From Bacteroidales bacterium UBA6117 (GTDB lineage: Bacteria > Bacteroidota > Bacteroidia > Bacteroidales > VadinHA17): a stretch of 64,000 nt of DNA. A model generated the notes under the pieces. The model made no database searches. It worked only from the letters and a program-made list of their open reading frames with translations, and was not told the DNA's origin. The DNA is taken from the NCBI GenBank assembly GCA_002428385.1, contig DIWB01000066.1:21499-85498 (forward strand), given 5' to 3'. Shown here piece by piece: positions 9,906-19,132 of the stretch (within the stretch, counting starts at the first letter, position 1; the number at the start of each line of letters is the position of its first letter). The translations under genes and the position numbers were made by a program.

Positions 9906-10550
9906 TTATTTAATTAACACTAATACTTCATTAAGTTTCACCGACAGATTAGCCAGAGCCAATCCTATTTTCCAATTCTCCCGGTTGCGGGGTTCCACAA
10001 TATTGGAAACAGCTCTCAGGGCCATGAAAGGGATCTTTTCTCTGCTGCAAACATAAAAAAAAGCTGCACCCTCCATGGTTTCGATATCAGGATTGTACTT
10101 TCCCGACAGTCTGGCAATTGTCTGCAGCGATCCGGTAGCCGTGTTTACAGTAATGGCACTTACCGGCCTCAGGATTTCAGATGCTGCAGACATGAACCTG
10201 TTTTCAGCTATTATCCTGCCTGACCTGAAAGGCAGTTCATCAGGATCCTGAAGACCAGCTTCGGAGAGGGAAAGGAATCCGGAGCGATCCTCGACACCGG
10301 CATCAGCAAAACAATCCGAAACAGGCATAACCACATCTCCCGGCTGAATATCACTGTTAAAACTACCTGCAATGCCAATGTTGATTGCCAGATCAGGAAG
10401 TTGTCCTCCGCAAAAGTACCTTGTAAGAGTCCATGCTGTTGCCACAGTTCCCACTCCAGTAACAACCGGAATAAGGTCAACTCCGTTCATGGCCTTCAGT
10501 ATTTCAGATTCGGCAGGTGTGGCTGAAACCACCAAAATTCTCAGGGGCAT
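9906..10550 (-). CDS. mqnB: futalosine hydrolase (nucleosidase family)
   Basis: PNP/UDP-phosphorylase-like sequence (RILVVSATPAE...ETMEGAAF...ALRAVSN). Start moved to the ATG at 10550 (MPLRILVV). 4 nt from mqnD. Confidence 0.7.
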   Translation of the reverse strand: MPLRILVVSATPAESEILKAMNGVDLIPVVTGVGTVATAWTLTRYFCGGQLPDLAINIGIAGSFNSDIQPGDVVMPVSDCFADAGVEDRSGFLSLSEAGLQDPDELPFRSGRIIAENRFMSAASEILRPVSAITVNTATGSLQTIARLSGKYNPDIETMEGAAFFYVCSREKIPFMALRAVSNIVEPRNRENWKIGLALANLSVKLNEVLVLIK

Positions 10551-10656
10551 ATCATCCTGGTAAATAAGTTGTATCAAATAACTGCATAAATATATTGTTT
10601 TGTTAGCTAAATAGATCAACTTAATTGGTTATTATTGCAGCTTTAAAAGCCTGTTT

Positions 10657-11067
10657 ATGATATACATCACACGAAGAGAAACCTTTTGCGCTGCCCACAG
10701 GATGTGCAGGGACGAGTGGTCGGATGAAAAGAATCTGGAGGTTTTCGGAAAATGTTCGAATCCAAACTGGCACGGGCACAACTACGTGCTTAGCGTTACC
10801 GTCAGGGGGGAGATTTCGGAAGAGCTCGGATTTTTCATTAACCTTACTACACTCAAGCAGATTATTCAGGAAAAGATTATTGACAAGGTCGACCATCGTA
10901 ATCTCAACACTGAAGTAAGCTTTATGAAAGGAAAGATTGCCACTACCGAGAATATGGCAGTTGCCTTCTGGAATGAGCTTAAACCTGCCATCGAAAAGTA
11001 TGGCGCTAAGCTTCACCGTGTAAGAATAAGTGAAACAGAAAACAATACAATAGAATATTATGGCTAA
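10657..11067 (+). CDS. queD: 6-carboxytetrahydropterin synthase / PTPS family
   Basis: 136 aa. FCAAHRM and NWHGHNY catalytic motifs. Overlaps folE by 8 nt. Confidence 0.8.
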   Translation: MIYITRRETFCAAHRMCRDEWSDEKNLEVFGKCSNPNWHGHNYVLSVTVRGEISEELGFFINLTTLKQIIQEKIIDKVDHRNLNTEVSFMKGKIATTENMAVAFWNELKPAIEKYGAKLHRVRISETENNTIEYYG

Positions 11068-11707
11068 AAAAATTGAAAAGATTAATAACGGGAGCAAATT
11101 CTCCCCAAAGGGATATAATAAAACTGAATCGTGGGATGCTGAAACCATAGATGAGCTTGCATCGCATTATCACAGTATACTTAAGCTTCTGGGCGAAGAT
11201 CCTGACCGCGAAGGACTTCTTAACACACCGGTAAGGGTAGCCAAGGCTATGAATTTTCTCACAATGGGATATGGTCAGAATCCATGTGAGATTATCAACT
11301 CGGCCAAATTCAGGGAAGAATACAAGCAGATGGTAATTGTCAAGGACATTGAGCTGTATTCGATGTGTGAGCACCATATGCTTCCATTCTTCGGAAAAGC
11401 TCACGTTGCCTATATACCGGATGGCTATATTACCGGTTTAAGCAAGATAGCCAGGGTTGTTGAAGCCTATGCCCGACGGCTCCAGGTACAGGAAAGACTT
11501 ACAGTTCAGATCCGGGATACAATTCAGGACTGCCTGAGTCCGATGGGAGTTGCAGTTGTGATAGAGGCTCAGCACATGTGCATGCAGATCAGGGGTGTAC
11601 AGAAACAACATTCGGTTACAACCACGTCGGCATTCACCGGTATTTTCCTCAGCAATCTCAACACCAGGGAAGAATTTGTTCATCTCATAGGATCGAATCT
11701 ACACTAA
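11060..11707 (+). CDS. folE: GTP cyclohydrolase I
   Basis: 215 aa. [20 protein letters not shown] signature. Confidence 0.95.
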   Translation: MAKKIEKINNGSKFSPKGYNKTESWDAETIDELASHYHSILKLLGEDPDREGLLNTPVRVAKAMNFLTMGYGQNPCEIINSAKFREEYKQMVIVKDIELYSMCEHHMLPFFGKAHVAYIPDGYITGLSKIARVVEAYARRLQVQERLTVQIRDTIQDCLSPMGVAVVIEAQHMCMQIRGVQKQHSVTTTSAFTGIFLSNLNTREEFVHLIGSNLH

Positions 11708-11719
11708 GATATCACTTTT

Positions 11720-12598
11720 ATGAAAGCTTACGTATTTCCCGGTCAGGGAGCTCAGTTTCCCGGGATGGGCAAAGACCTGTATGACAGCTCCCCTCTTGCC
11801 ATGGAGTTGTTTGAAAAAGCAAACACGCTTCTGGGTTTCAGAATCACTGATCTTATGTTCAGCGGTACTGACGAGGACCTTAAGCAAACCAGGGTAACTC
11901 AGCCTGCAATTTTTCTGCATTCGACAATACTTGCAGCTTCAAAGTCTGAAAAGATAAAGCCCGGAATGGTTGCAGGCCACTCGCTTGGTGAGTTCTCGGC
12001 TCTTGTTGCCTCCGGCGCTCTCTCTTTTGAAGACGGGCTGATGCTTGTATCCAAAAGAGCTGCAGCCATGCAGCTTGCCTGCGAAGCATCGCCCTCCACC
12101 ATGGCTGCGATAATAGGTCTCGACGATAAAATTGTGGAAGACACTTGTGCCGGAATAGATTCAATTGTTGTTCCGGCAAACTATAACTGCCCAGGTCAGA
12201 TAGTGATTTCCGGAACCAACGAAGGGGTAGAAAAAGCTGTTGAAATACTGAAGTCCCTGGGGGCCAGAATGGCAGTAAAACTTGCTGTAGGAGGAGCTTT
12301 CCATTCGCCCCTGATGGAGCCCGCCGGAATGGAGCTTGAGAAGGCCATTCTGAACACCGGATTTAAACAGCCTGTGTGTCCTGTTTATCAGAATTTCACA
12401 GGTAAACCATCAACTGATCCTGAGGTGATAAAGTCCAGCCTCATTTCCCAGCTCACATCTCCGGTTCTCTGGACGCAGACAGTCAGGAATATGATTGAGG
12501 ACGGAGCCGTATCCTTTACAGAAGTGGGGCCCGGTAATGTGCTTCAGGGGCTTATAAGGAAGATAAGCAGGGACGTTACTGCAGACTCGGCTTCATAA
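11720..12598 (+). CDS. fabD: malonyl-CoA:ACP transacylase
   Basis: 292 aa. FPGQGAQFPGMG and GHSLGEFSA active-site motifs. Confidence 0.95.
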   Translation: MKAYVFPGQGAQFPGMGKDLYDSSPLAMELFEKANTLLGFRITDLMFSGTDEDLKQTRVTQPAIFLHSTILAASKSEKIKPGMVAGHSLGEFSALVASGALSFEDGLMLVSKRAAAMQLACEASPSTMAAIIGLDDKIVEDTCAGIDSIVVPANYNCPGQIVISGTNEGVEKAVEILKSLGARMAVKLAVGGAFHSPLMEPAGMELEKAILNTGFKQPVCPVYQNFTGKPSTDPEVIKSSLISQLTSPVLWTQTVRNMIEDGAVSFTEVGPGNVLQGLIRKISRDVTADSAS

Positions 12599-15554
12599 TC
12601 ACTCCCCTGTGAGTTTTGCCGTCGACCATTATCTCAAGTGGTTTTTCAAATTTAATATGCCGGAGGTGTTCATCCTCGTATTTGCTTTTTATCCCGTTAA
12701 GAAATTCAACATCATACGATCCCTCGTTAATGTAGGGGTTGATTGTAAAATATCCTACCCTGAACGATGTCAGGTTCTGGAAGAAATGGGTTCCCTGACT
12801 CGGATCGATGCGGTATGTTTTAAGGCCTGATTCCACAATGATCCTTGCCGCCGATATCTGAGGCCATCTTACAGGTATGCCGAGCCATGGGTCAGTCGAA
12901 CCCCACCTGCCTGGTCCGATAAGCACATATCCTGTACCCTGCTTAACAAACTCATTGTTTATTTTTTCGATGTCCGAAGCAATCTCCTTGTTTCTGGCCG
13001 GATTAAACGACTCCGGCTTTACATAGACAACATCTGTTATTCCTTTAAAAAATCCGTTTCCCAGGGCCGATTCCGACCAGATGATTGAATCTCCCTGGTT
13101 AATGTCTGCCAGATTGACTACCGAAGTTTCGTCAGTGTGAACTATGGGACGTATCTGAAGAAAATTGAAAACTTTCGGGGTTCCCGGCGGGGTTTCAAGG
13201 TTGGCAGCAAATTCAATTTCTATTGGATTATTCATTTCATACTCCCCAAGGTCGAGAAGGGTATTGAGTATCTCGGCCAGGGGGAAGAGCTTGTGCTGCA
13301 GAATATTTGAGAAGGTGATAATCCTCTTTCCCGCGAAACTGATTCCGTCGCGAAGTATATTGTTATTGTAATCGTAGGCAGATGCCACATACTTCATTGC
13401 AACATCGTTGGTCACATCATTCACCCCGAGCTTGAGAATGTTGACGCCATCGTCGGTCGAAGGGACAAATTTGTCTGTCCTCAGGTCCAGGGCGCGGAAA
13501 TCCTTCTGTGTATCCCTGAGCGCAGTTTCTATGGAGGAAAGCTGAAGTATCTTCTTTGAATGCCTGGGTGAAAACCTCAGAGACTGGCCGCCCTCAACAA
13601 TGTGTTTCCCAAGTCCGAAGGCAATGTTTGCGATACCATCGCCTGCCTTTTCCGATCCGATCGGATAATAATTTATTGAACGGGCCACCCCTGAAAGCGT
13701 CGGATAGAAGACATCGCCATGACGGTTACCGCAGACCTCCTGAAGAATAATCCCCATTTTTTCCTCATCGATCACATTGGCCGTCGCGGTCATGTATGCC
13801 TTGCTCGCCTTGTAGAATACCGAAGCATAAACCTCCCTTATGGCATCAGAAATCATTTTAACCATCATCTTGTTATCGGGATGCCTGGGAATCATGTACG
13901 TGGAGTAAATACCCGCAAAAGGCTGATAGTGTGAATCTTCGAGCTTACTAGAAGATCTGACTGCAATTGGATGGTTCCTTGATACTGCCAGGAAGGCGTA
14001 AAAGTCCTGATAAATCCTGGCCGGAAGCTCAGCCTTTAGAAAACTTTCAAGAATCATCTCATCAGGAATGTCTGACAGAGCCAGCGAATACAGGTTATTA
14101 TGATCCATGAACTCATCGAAGATATCAGTGCTCAGGACCACGGTCCGGGGTATTGTGATAAGCACCCCCGGCAGCTTACTGTATAGCTTATGTTCCTTTA
14201 TCAGCCTGTTTATAAACGCCAGACCTCTTGCCTTACCGCCAATCGAGGCATCGCCGATCCTCGAAAACAACTGGTACTCATCATAGCTGCTCTTGTCGAA
14301 TTTGGCTATTACTCCCCTCCCCTTCCCAAGCCGGAAACTGGAAATGGCCACGTACAGGAAGCGCCGCATTTCATCCATGGTGTCAAAATCTTCCTTCCTG
14401 ATGTACTTGAACAACTGGGCAACCGGAAACAGAGCCCTTGCATTGAGCCATTTGGAGAAATGGTTCCTGGTTGCATGATATTCGAGCGTCTGATCAGGAA
14501 TGGTAAGCAGCTTTTGCTGAAGGCTTTGCAGGTCAGTGGCAATTGCTATCGGCTCCATTGTTTCGGGATTCTTGAATACAAACGGGCCGAATGCAAGGTT
14601 CTGGATAATAAAATTTCTAAGCTCGAGGGACAGCGATTTTGAATACTTGTAGATAAAGCCGGCACCGAGTTCTTCAGCAATTTTCTTGTGCACCTGACTT
14701 GACGACTGAATCAGGAACGGGACCTTATCATCATCGGCCATTACTACCTTGCACAGCTCTATTCCGGCATTTTCATCAACAACATTATCTTTCTTGTAAC
14801 TGATATCGGAGATCAAACCCAGCACATTGTATTTGTATCTCTTGTAAAGCGCCAGGGCATCATTGTAATTATTGGCAAGCAGTATCTTCGGACGGCCTCT
14901 CATTTTGAGCATCCGTTGATGCTCATTCAATGCCTCTCTCTGAAAATCAATCGATTGCTGAAGAACAATCCTGTAAAGACTGGGAAGGTACGACGAAATA
15001 TATCTTATTGAGTTCTCAACCAGTATGATTGCCTGAACTCCAATATTCTCTATATCGAAGTCGGCGTTCATCTTGTCCTCGATCAGCTTGATTATAGCCA
15101 GGATCAGCGAGGCATCGCCCAGCCAGCAGAAAACATAATCGATTGCACTCAGATCTTCGCCCTCAAGTCGGAGCGAAACTTCCCTGGAGAAATAGGTAAG
15201 CACCACTACAGGGATGCTTTCAAACCTGGCCTTTATCATTTTTGCCATTGCGAACACATCAGTTCCCCTCAGGCTGAGCATTGATATGACCAGGTCGATT
15301 TTGTCATTCTCAAGTATCTTCAGTGCATCTTCAGCGTTATCGGTCTGGACGAATGTCGGAGGGTATTTGAGGTTCAGGGAGACATACTCATTGAAAATCT
15401 GTTCATCGATTCTCCCGTCTTCCTCCAGCATATAATTATCGTAGTTACTGCATATAATAAGTACCCGGCGAATCCTCTTCTGCATCAGAAGGTCGAACGA
15501 GGTGTCGGTGAAATCGTATTTCTGCAGATCAAGTATGCCTTCAATAATCGTCAT
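12576..15554 (-). CDS. receiver-like + PEP/pyruvate-binding (PPDK_N ATP-grasp) domain protein, paralog B
   Basis: PPDK_N motifs GGKARGLAFIN, AVRSSSKLEDSHYQPFAGIYSTY and IILQEVCG. N-terminal CheY-like regions. C-terminal GPGRWGSTD...IIVE...GTHFF block shared with the upstream paralog. The ORF-track start at 15572 is TTG, so the ATG at 15554 is preferred. Confidence 0.7.
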   Translation of the reverse strand: MTIIEGILDLQKYDFTDTSFDLLMQKRIRRVLIICSNYDNYMLEEDGRIDEQIFNEYVSLNLKYPPTFVQTDNAEDALKILENDKIDLVISMLSLRGTDVFAMAKMIKARFESIPVVVLTYFSREVSLRLEGEDLSAIDYVFCWLGDASLILAIIKLIEDKMNADFDIENIGVQAIILVENSIRYISSYLPSLYRIVLQQSIDFQREALNEHQRMLKMRGRPKILLANNYNDALALYKRYKYNVLGLISDISYKKDNVVDENAGIELCKVVMADDDKVPFLIQSSSQVHKKIAEELGAGFIYKYSKSLSLELRNFIIQNLAFGPFVFKNPETMEPIAIATDLQSLQQKLLTIPDQTLEYHATRNHFSKWLNARALFPVAQLFKYIRKEDFDTMDEMRRFLYVAISSFRLGKGRGVIAKFDKSSYDEYQLFSRIGDASIGGKARGLAFINRLIKEHKLYSKLPGVLITIPRTVVLSTDIFDEFMDHNNLYSLALSDIPDEMILESFLKAELPARIYQDFYAFLAVSRNHPIAVRSSSKLEDSHYQPFAGIYSTYMIPRHPDNKMMVKMISDAIREVYASVFYKASKAYMTATANVIDEEKMGIILQEVCGNRHGDVFYPTLSGVARSINYYPIGSEKAGDGIANIAFGLGKHIVEGGQSLRFSPRHSKKILQLSSIETALRDTQKDFRALDLRTDKFVPSTDDGVNILKLGVNDVTNDVAMKYVASAYDYNNNILRDGISFAGKRIITFSNILQHKLFPLAEILNTLLDLGEYEMNNPIEIEFAANLETPPGTPKVFNFLQIRPIVHTDETSVVNLADINQGDSIIWSESALGNGFFKGITDVVYVKPESFNPARNKEIASDIEKINNEFVKQGTGYVLIGPGRWGSTDPWLGIPVRWPQISAARIIVESGLKTYRIDPSQGTHFFQNLTSFRVGYFTINPYINEGSYDVEFLNGIKSKYEDEHLRHIKFEKPLEIMVDGKTHRGVIMKPSLQ

Positions 15555-15568
15555 GGATAGAGATTTTA

Positions 15569-18500
15569 TCAATTCGTAGAGATCACTGCCATTCCCTTTT
15601 TCCCGTCCATACTGACAGTCAGCGGTTTGTCAAACCTTACATGCCGGTAAAAATGTCCTGTTCCTATGAGCCGGCCCTCCCTTATTCTGTCCCAGTGAAT
15701 GATATCCCGGCGCGAGTCATGGTCAACTGAAAAATATCCTACATTCATCGATGTAACGTTATGGAAGAAGTGAGAACCCAGCGAGGCGTCAGGGTGGAAA
15801 TCAGTAAGAGCCACTTCCACAATAACCCTTGCGCCCGATATCTGCGGCCAGACAACGGGGATCCCGAGAAATTTGTCGCGGCTTCCCCACCGGCCGGGTC
15901 CAATCAGGATATATTTCCTGTTCTCCCTTACCATCTGTTCGTTTACAGCGGCTATTTCATCCGCCATGCTTACAGTCAGCTTATTGTCAAATAATTCGGG
16001 TTCAATGAAGACTATGTCGGCAATATCATTTACCAGCCCGTTTCCCATACTCTTACGGGTAAGAAGCAGCAGTTTACCCTCATCTATCGAGTCGGGATCG
16101 ATCCTGTAGCCTGCTCCCATTCCCAGCATCGGTTTAATTTGGAGAAGATAAAATGATGCATTCCCTGATTCATCCTTGTTAAGATCGACGGCATATTCTA
16201 TTTCGACAGGTGTCCCGCAGGCTTCTGAAACAACTTCGAGTACTGTCTTCAGAGCCTGGGCAAGAGGCACATAATTATATTTCAGTACGTCGGCAAAGTT
16301 AACTACCCTGGGGCCCGGGGAATCCAGTCCCGGCGTAATAGTATCATTGTCAGGGTTCATAACCGAAGCCATGTGCTGCAAAGTCCCATGGCGTTCAGAA
16401 TCGCTGACTTCGAGCATTCGCAGCCCTGCGTTTTCTCCTTCCAGAAGGTTCAGTTCCCTGAGCGACATATCGACTGCATAGAACCAAAGCTGGGAATTCC
16501 TGTAAAGATCTTTCTGCGATATTATTTCGAGTGTCGGATATGCAGGAGAGAACCTGTAGGCCAGATTCCCCTCCATCACATACTGGCCAAGTCCAAGCGC
16601 TGCAACCGCAAATCCGTCACCCGGAGTCATGTGGGCTACAGGATAGAAATTGAACGACTGAGCCGATCCGCTGATATGCGGATAAAAGGCATCCTCATAC
16701 CTGTTCCCTACAACCTCCTGAATCACCACAGCCATTTTTTCAAGCTCTATTTTATAATTAATAGCTTCAAAATAGCCTCTTGCATCCCTGGAATATACAG
16801 AAGCAAACACCAGTTTAATTGCATCCGCGAGTTGCTTAAGCCTTACATCCGGCTCGGGATTGTTGTTTGGCAGCAGATATGTCCCGAATATCCCCGAAAA
16901 AGGCTGATTCTGTGAATCTTCAAAAAGGCTTGATGACCGTACGGCAAGAGGCCTGGTCATCTTTCTTACGAATACTCTCAGCTTTTTTTCGAGGGTATAG
17001 GTCAGGCTGCCTCCGACAAAAGCCTTCTGTATAACATCAAAGTCCTTCTCCTCCTTTACCAGCTGCCACAGATGGTTCCTCTCCATAAACATGTCAAACT
17101 CATCCGTCCCGATAATCGCCGTTATGGGGGTCTTGACATTTATGCCCTGAATCAGTCTTCCAAGCTCAAAGCTGTAGATCAGGGTATTTATGAAAGCCAG
17201 TCCCCTCCCTTTTCCACCAAGTGAACCCGGTGACAGAGATACTACGTTCGTCTCATCAATGATAGCGGATTCCTCGAAAACAATTACTCTTCCCTTATTC
17301 AGCTCCTTCCTCCGCTTACGGATTATGTTGAGAAGAAATTCCCTGAGCTGGTTAAGGTTCTCAAAATCGGTAATCTTTACCGGATTGATGTATTTTGCAA
17401 TCTTGACTTCTCCCCTGGCCATAAGCCAGAGGGAGAAATGATTTTTCATGGCATGATATGCAAGGGAATCTTCAGGGATTGTCTCAAGATAGGCCTCGAA
17501 CTCCTTCATCGATTTTGCAATGGCAATCTGCCTTCCGCTGTTATCGCGGTAAACAAAATGACCGAACCCCAGATAATAATTTATGAACGACTTGAGGTCC
17601 TGAAGCAGGCTTTCGGAATTCTTGTTTATGAAATTGGATTTCAGGGTAAAGGCATACCTGGCATTTTCCGGATCTGCTGACTGAAGGACAGTGGGCAGAT
17701 TTGGAAGATATGACTTGATAAGTTTTATGAGCTCATATCCGGCCTTATCGTTCATTTCCCCGTCTTTAGGGAAAGCCATGTCCGAAATAACGCAGAGCAG
17801 GTTATTGCGGTAATTATTGAAAACAACTATTGCCGCTTCCCATGATGAAACCAGCAGTATTTTTGGCCGGGCTCTGAGTTTAAGTACCTTGTAAAGCTCA
17901 TCGGTGGAAACATCCTGGATGAGCTTTTTTGTCTGGTCCATCACCAGGCTGTAAAGCATGGGGAGGTAGCTTGAATAGTAGTCGGCCGAATCCTCAACAA
18001 GAAGAATAACCCCCGTAAGTCCTTTTTGTGTATCGTTTTCGACATTCACCTTGTCCTCGAGCTGCGATACCATGGCAAAGAACACCTTTGATTCGCCGGT
18101 CCACACAAAATAATTGTCAAAAGGCACACCCTTTTCCTTCTGCCTCTTTGCGAATTCCATGTCGGAGGAATTGTTGAGCAGCAAATAAGTCGGCAGGTAA
18201 GGATACTTGTTCTTTATCTTCCTGCACATCTCCATTGGACCCTCCTTGTCGACACCGATCATGATTATGACAAGATCGTAATGGCGGGCCCTGAGCCTGT
18301 TGAATGCCTCCTCCTCGCTCGATACCCCCGTTACTCTCGGAATGGAAGTAATACTCATCTGAAAGTATTCCCCCAGGATGTGGTCGGCAAACCTTCCTTC
18401 TCCTTCGATTGAATAAGCATCGTACAGGTTTGCCACGAGCAGTATCTCCTTTACCTTGAAGGGCTGAAGATCGTGAAACACGTCCCTCTCGGCATTATGC

Positions 18501-19012
18501 CTGTCAAGGAATCTCTGAAGGAGCTTCTTGCTCGACACTGTCTGGTAATCATCTTCCTCCATCTGGACCGACCCGGTGGTCCGGATTATGTCCCTGGCCC
18601 TGTAACTGTTTATATAACCATTGATAAGGCTGGCAATGTTTATAACAAGATCTCTCTCCTCCTTGAGAAAGGGTCCTTCATATTCTTCCCTGAATTCCTT
18701 TGTATAGAAGATCTCAATTATTCCGGTCTCCTCATCAATTGTGCTGAATTCCTGAGTCATTCTCCATTCCGTTTCCCTGAAATCAGGCGACTCGAACCGC
18801 TTGTTCATAAAGGATATCCTGGCAACAGTATATTCGGGATACTGCCATGCTGCGGGAAGAAGGAGAACAATGTGCTGAAGGGTTTCCTCCACCGGTTTAT
18901 TTTCCTTAAGGATATAGGTTGTCTGATTGATGCATCCGAGTTCCTTAAGTCGCTCCCTCTGTTCATGCACCAGCCGGTTGAATTCGGGTGTTAATTGAGT
19001 ATTGGCATCCAT
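15569..19012 (-). CDS. sensor-like + receiver-like + PEP/pyruvate-binding (PPDK_N ATP-grasp) domain protein, paralog A
   Basis: 1147 aa with ATG start. Motifs GGKGRGLAFIN, AVRSSSLFEDSQNQPFSGIFGTY and VVIQEVVG. Extra ~150-aa N-terminal domain (KELGCINQ...PAAWQYPEYTVARISF...GPFLKEERDLV). C-terminal GPGRWGSRD...VIVE...GSHFF block. Confidence 0.7.
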   Translation of the reverse strand: MDANTQLTPEFNRLVHEQRERLKELGCINQTTYILKENKPVEETLQHIVLLLPAAWQYPEYTVARISFMNKRFESPDFRETEWRMTQEFSTIDEETGIIEIFYTKEFREEYEGPFLKEERDLVINIASLINGYINSYRARDIIRTTGSVQMEEDDYQTVSSKKLLQRFLDRHNAERDVFHDLQPFKVKEILLVANLYDAYSIEGEGRFADHILGEYFQMSITSIPRVTGVSSEEEAFNRLRARHYDLVIIMIGVDKEGPMEMCRKIKNKYPYLPTYLLLNNSSDMEFAKRQKEKGVPFDNYFVWTGESKVFFAMVSQLEDKVNVENDTQKGLTGVILLVEDSADYYSSYLPMLYSLVMDQTKKLIQDVSTDELYKVLKLRARPKILLVSSWEAAIVVFNNYRNNLLCVISDMAFPKDGEMNDKAGYELIKLIKSYLPNLPTVLQSADPENARYAFTLKSNFINKNSESLLQDLKSFINYYLGFGHFVYRDNSGRQIAIAKSMKEFEAYLETIPEDSLAYHAMKNHFSLWLMARGEVKIAKYINPVKITDFENLNQLREFLLNIIRKRRKELNKGRVIVFEESAIIDETNVVSLSPGSLGGKGRGLAFINTLIYSFELGRLIQGINVKTPITAIIGTDEFDMFMERNHLWQLVKEEKDFDVIQKAFVGGSLTYTLEKKLRVFVRKMTRPLAVRSSSLFEDSQNQPFSGIFGTYLLPNNNPEPDVRLKQLADAIKLVFASVYSRDARGYFEAINYKIELEKMAVVIQEVVGNRYEDAFYPHISGSAQSFNFYPVAHMTPGDGFAVAALGLGQYVMEGNLAYRFSPAYPTLEIISQKDLYRNSQLWFYAVDMSLRELNLLEGENAGLRMLEVSDSERHGTLQHMASVMNPDNDTITPGLDSPGPRVVNFADVLKYNYVPLAQALKTVLEVVSEACGTPVEIEYAVDLNKDESGNASFYLLQIKPMLGMGAGYRIDPDSIDEGKLLLLTRKSMGNGLVNDIADIVFIEPELFDNKLTVSMADEIAAVNEQMVRENRKYILIGPGRWGSRDKFLGIPVVWPQISGARVIVEVALTDFHPDASLGSHFFHNVTSMNVGYFSVDHDSRRDIIHWDRIREGRLIGTGHFYRHVRFDKPLTVSMDGKKGMAVISTN

Positions 19013-19132
19013 CAGACAAAAATTAATAGGATCAGAATTTAAAATTACTAAAATTCTGCCATCCCTGTCAAGAAATGCAGGATGCTGCGTTATTAAATGA
19101 GAAATCCGGGATGAGGACCCGGTGAAGGTTCA

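Noticed and set aside
10621-11148. Other long antisense or overlapping ORFs: 10621-11148, 16373-16915, 18473-18994, 32547-33074, 36839-37327, 40281-40925, 50225-50815, 56109-56754 and 57859-58353.
   Set aside because: Each lies opposite a gene with strong family signatures (queD/folE, paralog A, udk, rplY, SDR/VOC, gldE, ychF, hisS). None has any recognisable motif of its own.
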